A stretch of 25,144 nt of DNA from a virus. Taxonomy: Duplodnaviria > Caudoviricetes. Below, piece after piece: positions 16,953 through 24,544 of the stretch. The stretch covers positions 1-25,144 of the IMG/VR virus record IMGVR_UViG_3300034993_000144; one strand, 5' to 3'. Every line of letters begins with the position of its first letter. Position 1 is the stretch's first letter. Under the pieces are notes generated by a model. The model was not told the DNA's origin, did not search any database, and was given only the letters and a program-made list of their open reading frames with translations. The position numbers and the translations under genes are program-made.

Positions 16953-17818
16953 GATTTACGCAGACCGACATTGCCACTCTTGCAACGTGGTTCGTGCAAA
17001 AGGGTGTGACCGCACTGGCAACGACGTTCACTAATGCCGTGGACATCATGTGGGGCGGCGTGACCCTGATGCTCGGCGCGGATAACGGGCTGGCAACGCG
17101 CACCGATGCAACAAGCAAGTTCGCGCGTGTTGCCTCGGCGCATTACACCAACGCCGAGGAATCAGTCGCCATGATGCTTGCCACCAACGCCGCGACGGCC
17201 AACACGCTGTTCATTGGCGGCGGGACAGCGATACACAATAGCGCGACCACGATCCTGCTGTACACCGGCGCCACCTCGACGACCAACACCGGGTCACGCC
17301 GCATGACGATTGACGAGGTGGGGAATGTCGGTATCGGCGGCTCTCCTCCGGTTGGCAGACTCGACGTGAATGATACGATTGGCGGGGTGCTGACGCTACG
17401 CCGCCAGGATGCATCGGTCACGCTCGACGATACGATCGGCGTGCTGCAATTCTGGGCGGCTGACACCTCGACAAGCACCAACTTCGTGGTAGCCAACATC
17501 GAAGCTCAGGCGGCCGCAACGGTCACGACCGATATCAACCCTGGCAGATTGATATTCCGGACCACTCCGGCCACCGTAGGGGCCTTACCGACCGAACGGA
17601 TGCGGATAGCAGCGACGGGGAATATAGGCATTGGCGCTGTGACCACGCCGACCGCACGCGTGCATATCGCAGCCGGCAGTGCGACGGCCAATACCGCACC
17701 GATCAAGCTCACGGCTGGACCGGTGATGACGACCGCCGAGAATGGCGCGCTAGAATATGACGGTACCGACCTCTGGTTCACGGTTGGCACGACCCGGAAG
17801 AAAGTGACGCTCGTATAG
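16949..17818 (+). CDS. Tail fibre / receptor-binding protein
   Basis: ATGA overlap at 16949; repeats RRMTIDEVGNVGIG and ERMRIAATGNIGIG..TP..RVHI; C-terminal GALEYDGTDLWFT. Confidence 0.85.
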   Translation: MRFTQTDIATLATWFVQKGVTALATTFTNAVDIMWGGVTLMLGADNGLATRTDATSKFARVASAHYTNAEESVAMMLATNAATANTLFIGGGTAIHNSATTILLYTGATSTTNTGSRRMTIDEVGNVGIGGSPPVGRLDVNDTIGGVLTLRRQDASVTLDDTIGVLQFWAADTSTSTNFVVANIEAQAAATVTTDINPGRLIFRTTPATVGALPTERMRIAATGNIGIGAVTTPTARVHIAAGSATANTAPIKLTAGPVMTTAENGALEYDGTDLWFTVGTTRKKVTLV

Positions 17819-17826
17819 GGGGAACG

Positions 17827-18027
17827 ATGTTTGATACCTGGCAACCGGACGAGATCACACGGCTTGAGCGCACAATCCTCTGGATACAGGACGCCGTTGG
17901 ATCTCACTTCCCCTGGTGCGATGCGCTGATTGCAGGCCAGCATCAGCCGTGCACATGCGGGATGGATTCAATGCGTGCAAACCGCGTCTTTCTTCTGAAT
18001 CTGCGTGCGTTCGGCACAGTGGAATAA
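17827..18027 (+). CDS. Hypothetical protein
   Basis: GGGGGA RBS; H..WC...PCTCG motif. Confidence 0.6.
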   Translation: MFDTWQPDEITRLERTILWIQDAVGSHFPWCDALIAGQHQPCTCGMDSMRANRVFLLNLRAFGTVE

Positions 18028-18057
18028 TTCTTTAGCAAACAGGAAGGAAGGCGTACC

Positions 18058-18285
18058 ATCGCAAACATAACAATCACGATACCGGATGCCATCGCGCCAC
18101 GCGTGCTCGATGCCCTGGCCGACCGCCACGGCTACTCCGGCAAGGACGAGGCCGGCAAGGACCAGACGAAAGCCCAGTTCGCAAAGGTCCAGATAACCGA
18201 CTGGCTCAAATCCGAAGTGCTGATGCACGAGCACGAGCAGACCATGCGCGACGCACGAGCTGCACTCCCGCCGCTAGAGTTCTAA
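18058..18285 (+). CDS. Hypothetical late protein, apparent ATC start
   Basis: AGGAAGGAAGG then ATC-GCA-AAC-ATA..., in frame with ORF 18103..18285. Confidence 0.55.
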   Translation: MANITITIPDAIAPRVLDALADRHGYSGKDEAGKDQTKAQFAKVQITDWLKSEVLMHEHEQTMRDARAALPPLEF

Positions 18286-18503
18286 TCCCTTTTTTCAGGC
18301 GACGCCGCCTGGTTGTGTGCTTCCATAACTTTGACTTTCAGACCAAACACAAGATGACCGAGCTGATGCTGGCCGCGATCATCACACGCATCCTGTATGT
18401 CGCTGAGTGCTTTCCCAACATACAGCAGTGCAGTTCTCAGCCGTTCAACTTCTGTGACAAGGAAGTCATGGTCAAGAATAAACTGTCGGAGTTCGGGTGT
18501 CAT
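18282..18503 (-). CDS. Hypothetical protein
   Basis: GAGGAG RBS; last gene of leftward operon, stop overlaps the late-operon stop. Confidence 0.7.
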   Translation of the reverse strand: MTPELRQFILDHDFLVTEVERLRTALLYVGKALSDIQDACDDRGQHQLGHLVFGLKVKVMEAHNQAASPEKRD

Positions 18504-18658
18504 CGTGGTTTCTCCTCATCAGGCGGCTTGACCTGGGTCCAGTGGCGGTCAACGGGCCTGTCGAGATAGCGCTCGTCACGCGTGCGCCACCGTTCGATGG
18601 CGATACCAACCACCAGCACCACCAGCAAGCCGATGAACAGATAGTCAAACGGTATCAT
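18500..18658 (-). CDS. Small single-TM membrane protein, 52 aa
   Basis: Manual translation MIPFDYLFIGLLVVLVVGIAIERWRTRDE...KPR; ATGA overlaps both sides. Confidence 0.7.
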   Translation of the reverse strand: MIPFDYLFIGLLVVLVVGIAIERWRTRDERYLDRPVDRHWTQVKPPDEEKPR

Positions 18659-18846
18659 TCCTTCCGGGCCTCCCGAATCTCTCTCCGGACCTCTCGCAGC
18701 GGTTTGCGTGGCCCGTAGAACTGTGGCGCGCGTTTCGGTTGCGTGCGCGGGTCAGGGATGATCGTTGCTGGGATAACCCGTTCCCCCGGCTTTGCGTTTC
18801 TCAACACATCCTCGTACCGCCCCATCTCTCCGGTGTCCGTATTCAT
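18655..18846 (-). CDS. Hypothetical basic protein
   Basis: AGGAGG RBS before MNTDTGEMG. Confidence 0.7.
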   Translation of the reverse strand: MNTDTGEMGRYEDVLRNAKPGERVIPATIIPDPRTQPKRAPQFYGPRKPLREVRREIREARKE

Positions 18847-18854
18847 GGTGCCTC

Positions 18855-19205
18855 CTATGCGCTCGGTGTCTTTTGTTTGTCCCACCGCTCACGACGCCAG
18901 GCCGCAAAGCGTGGGATGATCTGCGCGGCCTGGTCAAAGTCAAGGCCAATATCGTCCATCATAAAGGAGATTAAAAACGCGTCCTGATCGGCGGCTTCGG
19001 CAGCTTCGGCGATCATGCGGGCAATCAGCCGCGCTTCGTCAGGGTCAAGCTGGATTGAGCCGCTATCGGTGGGCCAGTTGACCTCAACGTATGGCTCGTG
19101 CGTGTTCGCGCCAAAGCCATTACTTACTTCGACCTTGCCGAGTGTCTTGCCTTGCCGTGTGCGGCCTGACTGTGATTTCCGGTCGGGCTCACGTCCCTTG
19201 GTCAT
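18855..19205 (-). CDS. Hypothetical phage protein
   Basis: GAGGAGG RBS; operon fit. Confidence 0.75.
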   Translation of the reverse strand: MTKGREPDRKSQSGRTRQGKTLGKVEVSNGFGANTHEPYVEVNWPTDSGSIQLDPDEARLIARMIAEAAEAADQDAFLISFMMDDIGLDFDQAAQIIPRFAAWRRERWDKQKTPSA

Positions 19206-19485
19206 ACTGATCCTCCTCGATTCCGAGTTCCGTGCCGACGATCATCAGGTGTATCAACGCAGTCTCACACCACACCTTTGCACTCTCCACATCGGGCAGC
19301 CTCCGCTTGTTCGCGTTGAAATACTCGAACGGGTTAACGTAGTATGTGATGAGGCCAACCCAGGAGCCGGATTCAAATTGAACCACTCGTAGCCGATACG
19401 ATTCATAGCGCACCTCGTCGAGCAGGGCATACGCGCTATACTCACCATCGGCGTGCGGGCCTTCTATCCATTCCGGTTTCAGCAT
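19189..19485 (-). CDS. Hypothetical protein
   Basis: AAGGA RBS; operon fit. Confidence 0.7.
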   Translation of the reverse strand: MLKPEWIEGPHADGEYSAYALLDEVRYESYRLRVVQFESGSWVGLITYYVNPFEYFNANKRRLPDVESAKVWCETALIHLMIVGTELGIEEDQYDQGT

Positions 19486-19535
19486 TGGTCTATCCTTCTA
19501 TGCAATCGCGCAATGCTTTTTGCGCTCTGTTGCGC

Positions 19536-19898
19536 TCAACGTGTTTTTGCTTTCAATCCGACCAACATACCGGGCGGGCGGGGTATCTCAACGCCGACAG
19601 GCCGCCAAAGGTGAAGACAGTACGGATGATTGTTAATCCATTCCGATTCGGGCGGGTGGAGCTGCATCACCGTATCCTCGGCATCCCAAAAGATCGCCTT
19701 GAGCTTGCACATCTCACCCCATGTGGGGCAACGATCAGGAAAGCTCACGCTGATGTGTTCCCATCCTTCACCGTCTGAGCAAATGATGGTTGCGTACTTT
19801 GTCCCAATCGGCACGCGGAAATGTCCGCTATTACCGTACTCGTCAGGTGAGGCATACGCTCCTGTTCGGACGCGGTATTTATTTGGTGCGTGAAACAT
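19536..19898 (-). CDS. Conserved phage protein (DUF7694-like)
   Basis: GWEHISVS..RCPTWGEMC..K..FW...QLHP...NHPYCLHLWRP signature. Confidence 0.8.
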   Translation of the reverse strand: MFHAPNKYRVRTGAYASPDEYGNSGHFRVPIGTKYATIICSDGEGWEHISVSFPDRCPTWGEMCKLKAIFWDAEDTVMQLHPPESEWINNHPYCLHLWRPVGVEIPRPPGMLVGLKAKTR

Positions 19899-19900
19899 CG

Positions 19901-20098
19901 TTATCCTTGCCTATCCTTCCGATCATCGATGAACCACAGCGGGCGGTTGATGTCACCACGGTGTTTGTACGGCGCGCGTGGCTGCCGTCCTTGTCTCGCG
20001 AGCTGCTGCTGACGATGCGCGCGGGCCAGCCGCAACCGGCGCTCATCGGTACGCTCAATCCAGAAGTCCGAGATGCGCGGCTGGGTCGGTGTGGTCAT
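19901..20098 (-). CDS. Hypothetical basic protein
   Basis: ORF fits operon. Confidence 0.55.
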   Translation of the reverse strand: MTTPTQPRISDFWIERTDERRLRLARAHRQQQLARQGRQPRAPYKHRGDINRPLWFIDDRKDRQG

Positions 20099-20270
20099 AG
20101 GTCACGACCTTTCCCCTGGCAATCCCGATCCAGATGTCGAGTTGCTCGGCGAGTTTAGTATTCTCGGCGTTCAGCCGGCGAACTTCGCACATCAGCCACC
20201 ATGACGCGGCGATGAACAGCAGCAGCAGCACGACCAGCCCGCCAATGATGAGCAGGACCAGCGCGCTCAC
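20055..20270 (-). CDS. Single-TM protein with coiled coil
   Basis: GTG 20270 in a GTGA overlap; hydrophobic N-terminus. Confidence 0.65.
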   Translation of the reverse strand: MSALVLLIIGGLVVLLLLFIAASWWLMCEVRRLNAENTKLAEQLDIWIGIARGKVVTYDHTDPAAHLGLLD

Positions 20271-20368
20271 CGGAGCCGCCCTAACTGCCGCCAGGCCCAC
20301 CATCTGCGTACCGGACCTGGCAGGTACACCGCCAGATCCTCAATCTGCCAGAGCATCCACCTTAGCAT
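20267..20368 (-). CDS. Small Trp/Arg-rich peptide, 33 aa
   Basis: GGAG RBS; MLRWMLWQIEDLAVYLPGPVRRWWAWRQLGRLR; stop coupled to the next start. Confidence 0.5.
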   Translation of the reverse strand: MLRWMLWQIEDLAVYLPGPVRRWWAWRQLGRLR

Positions 20369-20380
20369 CGTCGTCTCCAA

Positions 20381-20668
20381 TCACTCAAGGATTTGCCAAC
20401 CGTTTGCCTCAAGCAGCGCGCGTGCTTCATTCCACCTGTCGATACCGCCCTTCTGCGCGGCCAGCATTGCCTTGCGAAACACCAACCAATCGACCGGCGA
20501 TATATCGGGATGCACACCCCATCCGACCTGGCCCGCGGCATAGGTCGCGGTTTTCGATAGCCAGCCCCCTGTGCGGCGTTGTGGCGCCAGGACAGTAAGA
20601 GTATGGAGTTGTGGCCTTTCGTCGCGCTCCGGCCTTCTCATGGTCCTGTACGACCTTCTAGCGCTCAT
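20381..20668 (-). CDS. Hypothetical protein downstream of the replication initiator
   Basis: ATGA overlap with initiator stop. Confidence 0.7.
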   Translation of the reverse strand: MSARRSYRTMRRPERDERPQLHTLTVLAPQRRTGGWLSKTATYAAGQVGWGVHPDISPVDWLVFRKAMLAAQKGGIDRWNEARALLEANGWQILE

Positions 20669-21666
20669 GGCTGCACCCATTCAAACGCTGGCTTCTTTGC
20701 CGGCATCGGTTTGAGCACCCCACGGGCCTGACGAGCTTTGAGCGCATCGAGTGCGCGCTGGTCAATCATCGGCCCGCCAGCCTGGTCACGTTGCCTGTCG
20801 AGGTCTGCGCTCAGCCGGCGCGCGGCATCTATCACGCCGGGATCGGTAGGGGTCATCTGCGGCATGGGCGGCAGCTCGTCGAGCTTCAAGTATTTTGACC
20901 AGAGGACGGCGCCGGGGTTGTCCGCGCCGGACGCGTCCAGGTATCGCTTGCAGATGACCACATCACGATCACTCTTGACCGTTCCGGCGTTGACCGTTTT
21001 CTGCGCTTCCTCTCGCCGGACGCCCGCGCGGACGAGTGCGTCAACCAGATCTGCCTTGAGATGCACGATGTCAGCCTCGACTTCATGGCTATCCTCTGGC
21101 AAGTTCTCATCGTCGTCACTCTCCATTCTTTCGTCACCACCACCACCACGTACCACTACCCCTGGTGGTGGTGTTGTTAATTGAGTCTTATTAACGTAAG
21201 TATTGTTAATATGGGGGTAAACCTGTGACACCCCCCCAGTGTCAGTGGTTAACCCCGGTAGTGACTCTGTGACACCCCGGTCGGTATCGGGGTGACTCTG
21301 TGACACCCCGGTTGGTGGACCGGGGTAAATCTGTGATACCCCGGTTTTATCAATCTGGCAGAGCGTAAACACGTTGGTCGTCTGACCTCGTAGCTTAAGA
21401 CGCCGTGCTTCAATGTGGATCAGCTCGTAGCGTTCAAGGGTCTGGATTGCCCGTATCACGGTCCGGCGGCTAGTGCCCAGCCCATCGGCAATAGTCTGGT
21501 ATGAGGGGTAGCACGTTCCGTCGTTATCCGCGTAGCGCGTGAGTGCCATATAGACGGCAAACGCACTGACACCCACGGTGCGGGCGTAGCGGTCATAGAC
21601 TTCATTGTCAGCCCAGAAGTGACCAGGCCGGCGCGCATCTCGCGCGGTCCATTGTTCAGTACTCAT
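20665..21666 (-). CDS. Phage replication initiator (N-terminal winged HTH, HTH_36-like; lambda O-like layout)
   Basis: AFAVYMAL.RYAD..GTCYPSYQTIA..LGTSRRTVIRAI..LE; internal iterons; GGAGG RBS before ATG 21666. Confidence 0.85.
   Translation of the reverse strand: MSTEQWTARDARRPGHFWADNEVYDRYARTVGVSAFAVYMALTRYADNDGTCYPSYQTIADGLGTSRRTVIRAIQTLERYELIHIEARRLKLRGQTTNVFTLCQIDKTGVSQIYPGPPTGVSQSHPDTDRGVTESLPGLTTDTGGVSQVYPHINNTYVNKTQLTTPPPGVVVRGGGGDERMESDDDENLPEDSHEVEADIVHLKADLVDALVRAGVRREEAQKTVNAGTVKSDRDVVICKRYLDASGADNPGAVLWSKYLKLDELPPMPQMTPTDPGVIDAARRLSADLDRQRDQAGGPMIDQRALDALKARQARGVLKPMPAKKPAFEWVQP
21173..21344. repeat. Putative replication origin: four iterons plus AT-rich tract
   Basis: Consensus GGGGT(a/g)A(a/c)(c/t)CTGTGA(c/t)ACCCC at 21214, 21258 (GTAGT variant), 21289 and 21322; AT-rich 21173-21212. 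Confidence 0.85.
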
Positions 21667-21875
21667 GGTGTGTCCTCCCGTGGGGGTTGCTGGCACGCGG
21701 CCAGGCGCATTTCACGACGAAGCCGTTTCAGGAATCGCGGGCCGAGATTGGCCGCGATATCGGCATCGCTTTTGGATGCCAGGAAGTCGGCGCTCTCAAC
21801 GCGCCAGCCGTGGGCAATCAATTGGTCCCGAAATGCTACATTGACCGGGCGGTCAATCGTGGTACTATCGTCCAT
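21663..21875 (-). CDS. Hypothetical protein translationally coupled to the initiator
   Basis: AAGGAA RBS before MDDSTT; ATGA overlap with rep start. Confidence 0.7.
   Translation of the reverse strand: MDDSTTIDRPVNVAFRDQLIAHGWRVESADFLASKSDADIAANLGPRFLKRLRREMRLAACQQPPREDTP
21841..21868 (+). promoter_or_regulatory. Sigma70-type antisense promoter
   Basis: TTGACC-16 nt-TACTAT with extended TG; -35 lies in palindrome ATTGACCG-gg-CGGTCAAT. Confidence 0.7.
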
Positions 21876-21937
21876 AGAGACAGATTTCCTTGTGTTGGTC
21901 CGGCCTGCGTTGTGAGCGCGTGGCCGGCTTTTTTTTT
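21875..21937 (+). ncRNA. Predicted ~63-nt antisense RNA to the replication-operon leader
   Basis: Bounded by the promoter above and an intrinsic terminator. Confidence 0.6.
21900..21937 (+). terminator. Intrinsic terminator
   Basis: CCGGCCTGCGTT-gtg-AGCGCGTGGCCGG stem followed by 9 T. Confidence 0.85.
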
Positions 21938-22024
21938 GCTCATCATCCAACCTTACTCCCCGACAGCCCTGAGTCAATAGGCCGGGGGGGGTAGGACGTA
22001 CTGGCCAAAGGTCGAGGATCAGCG

Positions 22025-22459
22025 TTACAAATCCATCGCCTGCTTCCCTGCGTTACATTCGGCGCATAGGGTCCAAAGGTTATCGTCTGTGTTCAGGCCA
22101 CCTTTTGCCACGGGGATTCGATGATCGACTTCGAGTGTCATATCATCGCTTGCCCTGGCGCCACAAATCTGGCACCGATAGCTATCGCGTTTCAAGATCA
22201 GAAATCGCGTCTTTGGTGAGACGGGATCTCGACGTCGCGGCCCCTTCTGGCGCCGGAAGCGTACGTGTTGAGAACGGCATTGGCAGCACACGGCACCGAT
22301 ACTGTACTGGCCTTTGCGGATCGCAACGACGAAATGACCGATCTCAACTGCTCTCCTGCAGGTCAGACACGCCCGCACATATTGGTGATCGAGCAACCTG
22401 TTACGAACTCGGGGTGGCAGAGCGTCAACAGGATAGTCACAAAATCGGCAAGTGTCCAT
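22025..22459 (-). CDS. HNH endonuclease with N-terminal Cys pairs
   Basis: RDSYRCQICG...LEVDHRIPVAKGG...NLWTLCAECNAGK; AGGAG RBS. Confidence 0.9.
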   Translation of the reverse strand: MDTCRFCDYPVDALPPRVRNRLLDHQYVRACLTCRRAVEIGHFVVAIRKGQYSIGAVCCQCRSQHVRFRRQKGPRRRDPVSPKTRFLILKRDSYRCQICGARASDDMTLEVDHRIPVAKGGLNTDDNLWTLCAECNAGKQAMDL

Positions 22460-22486
22460 GCTACAATTCTCCTGTCATTCTGATCT

Positions 22487-22538
22487 GCCCGTACTGCAAG
22501 CGTCAATCACACTGCTTGTAGTGCGGGCGTTCGGTTTT
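22487..22538 (+). terminator. 15-bp stem-loop with T-rich tail
   Basis: GCCCGTACTGCAAGC / GCTTGTAGTGCGGGC; the two mismatches are G-U pairs only on the + strand; tail GTTCGGTTTT. Confidence 0.65.
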
Positions 22539-22553
22539 CCGTCATCTAGAAGT

Positions 22554-22763
22554 CTAGGCCGGCTGCACTCCGATCTTCCGGCGTCCATCCTTAGGGCGGG
22601 GTATCTGCCGGTATCGCTCGAGCTCCGAACGGGTGAATACCCAATACCGTCCGGCAACCCGCTTTCCGATGTGGCCTTGATTGGCGAGCTGGTTAATCCG
22701 CTGCCGGTTGACACCAAGAATCTCTGCGGCCTCTGTTGAGAAGATGATCTTTTCCTGCTTCAT
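22554..22763 (-). CDS. HTH_17/excisionase-like DNA-binding protein
   Basis: STEAAEILGVNRQRINQL...G.RVAGRYWVFTRSELE. Confidence 0.85.
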   Translation of the reverse strand: MKQEKIIFSTEAAEILGVNRQRINQLANQGHIGKRVAGRYWVFTRSELERYRQIPRPKDGRRKIGVQPA

Positions 22764-22788
22764 GGTTTGCCCCCTATCTGATGCCTTT

Positions 22789-22848
22789 ATCATAGCACAT
22801 CTACTAGACAATGGATAGAATGTATGGTATTATACCGTGTATAGTATT
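22789..22848. promoter_or_regulatory. Divergent promoter region
   Basis: + strand TAGACA(22805)-17 nt-TATTAT(22828) with extended TG; - strand TGcTATGAT (22797-22789); repeats TGTAT(g/a)GTATT at 22821 and 22838. Confidence 0.75.
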
Positions 22849-22860
22849 TGGAGGTTGGTT

Positions 22861-23052
22861 ATGGGATATCAGGCAGCGGCGGCAACAATCACACTCACGA
22901 CTGACGGTAGGAAAGTTCTTTGGCTCATCGACTACACCGCAAAGACCTTCACAGCGGTCGCGGGCGGTGAGACACTCGGAACATGGGCAACCATGCGGGC
23001 AGGGATTCAGGCGTTGAACCTGATTGAAGTACCGGCAAAGCGCCGGGCGTAA
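22861..23052 (+). CDS. Hypothetical protein
   Basis: GGAGGT RBS before ATG 22861. Confidence 0.7.
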   Translation: MGYQAAAATITLTTDGRKVLWLIDYTAKTFTAVAGGETLGTWATMRAGIQALNLIEVPAKRRA

Positions 23053-23114
23053 CAAGCGGCCCGTTCGAGTGTCAAAGGACTCGACCGGGCCTTACCACGG
23101 GGAGTACGCTACCC

Positions 23115-23600
23115 ATGATGGACACAATGGTACGGCAGACGGTCACAACTCCGCAACTCATCAGCGCGGCCTCACTGCTGGTCCGGCTGGCGCATCCGGG
23201 CGCGTCGTCACTGCACCGGGCGCTGGAGAAAGCCGAGGGCCGGCTGATGTCGCAGCCCTGGCGCGTCGACGAGGGCGTGCTGCATATCGTCAGCGCCAGC
23301 CGCCAGAACGAAGTGCAGCTCACGGACGGCGATGATTGTAGCTGCCCGTGTACGCGCGGTTGCTGCTGGCACAAAGCGGCCTGGTCGATTGTCTCAACCC
23401 TGGCGGCTGCCGGCCTGTATCCCGTCGCCGACTTACCGCTGCCGTCCGTGCTGGACGATGATGATCTACCGGCCTCATTCCTGGATGGCGATTTCAGTGC
23501 GTTCGCTGATGAGAGCCTGACGCTCGAGCTCGAGCGCGTGTACTTCGATGAGGTCGACGTGCTGCCGGTGCTGGCCCGGCGCGATAGGCGGGCAGCATGA
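23115..23600 (+). CDS. SWIM-type Zn-finger protein
   Basis: VSAS...DCSCPCTRGCCWHKAA (CxC-x-CxH); GGGAG RBS; acidic tail. Confidence 0.75.
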   Translation: MMDTMVRQTVTTPQLISAASLLVRLAHPGASSLHRALEKAEGRLMSQPWRVDEGVLHIVSASRQNEVQLTDGDDCSCPCTRGCCWHKAAWSIVSTLAAAGLYPVADLPLPSVLDDDDLPASFLDGDFSAFADESLTLELERVYFDEVDVLPVLARRDRRAA

Positions 23601-23806
23601 TCACGCTGAACACCTATGCAGACTTCGAGGAGCTGCTTGACCTCATCCATGAGATGACGACTGAGCACGGACTGACTGATGACCAGGCGTTTGTGGCGGC
23701 CTGCGCTGAGTTGCCGGTGCTGCTCGAACTGGACCTTGATTCGCGCTATATGGCGAGTCGCATTATTTTGTTTGATGAGGCCGGATACCCGGCAAGGAGT
23801 CTCTGA
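23597..23806 (+). CDS. Small acidic hypothetical protein
   Basis: ATGA and TGATG coupling. Confidence 0.7.
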   Translation: MITLNTYADFEELLDLIHEMTTEHGLTDDQAFVAACAELPVLLELDLDSRYMASRIILFDEAGYPARSL

Positions 23807-24024
23807 TGACCACGATGGAACAGATCGAGAAGGCGGCCCCGAACATGACCGTGCGGGTGATGATCGAGAATCGGGATTGGGACGGCATCGCGGGGATGTG
23901 GCACGCGACAGACAGTTCCCACGGCCTTCCCACGATCAAAGGCGAGTGGCGACAAACGCTTGTGGATGAGGCGGCCAAAGACGGCGTTGACTTGCTGGCG
24001 CTGGCTGAGGACGAAGCGCTCTAG
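23806..24024 (+). CDS. Hypothetical protein
   Basis: AAGGAG RBS; coupled start. Confidence 0.7.
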   Translation: MTTMEQIEKAAPNMTVRVMIENRDWDGIAGMWHATDSSHGLPTIKGEWRQTLVDEAAKDGVDLLALAEDEAL

Positions 24025-24160
24025 CCTGGTAGGTTCTCAGCTTCCCCTCAGCATACTCTTATCGGTTCCCAAGACCGCCAGCACACGAGTCGGTAGACTC
24101 CAGGCGCGATCAACGAGTAGGCATACGAATCTTTCGTAACGATAGTAAGGAATGAATCAG

Positions 24161-24370
24161 ATGGCACCGAAGACAACAATGGTTCGCGAATATGACGATC
24201 GGAAGGCATTCGAGAAGGATGCAAACAAACTTGCCCGTGATGGGTGGTCGGTGGTCACGCAGTCTGAGCGCACGCAACGATCCGGCTGTGCGCGGCTCTT
24301 GATGCTCGGAATCTTTACTCCTTTGTTTCCACCGAAGCCGGTGCTGGTTGTGAGTTATACTCGCGTTTGA
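24161..24370 (+). CDS. Small membrane-associated protein (moron-like)
   Basis: AAGGA RBS fits ATG 24161 (MAPKTT); KLARDGWSVV then hydrophobic LLMLGIFTPLF. Confidence 0.7.
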   Translation: MAPKTTMVREYDDRKAFEKDANKLARDGWSVVTQSERTQRSGCARLLMLGIFTPLFPPKPVLVVSYTRV

Positions 24371-24395
24371 TTCGGTAGCCACGCCCCCATCATAA

Positions 24396-24427
24396 CGAAC
24401 GCCTGGTCAATGACGACCAGGCGTTCG
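24396..24427. terminator. Perfect 13-bp inverted repeat between convergent genes
   Basis: CGAACGCCTGGTC-aatgac-GACCAGGCGTTCG. Confidence 0.7.
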
Positions 24428-24544
24428 GCATTTAACGGTGCTCCCGTTCAGGCGATTCTAGCACGGGGTTCGTACTGGCCGAGATAGTCAATCACACACG
24501 TCTCGCACCAGGGGCGCGCGTACATATCAAGAATATACGGCTCG

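Noticed and set aside
21214-21344. CRISPR-like mini-array
   Set aside because: Repeats are degenerate, gaps are only 8-23 nt, and they lie in frame inside the initiator gene; iterons explain them.
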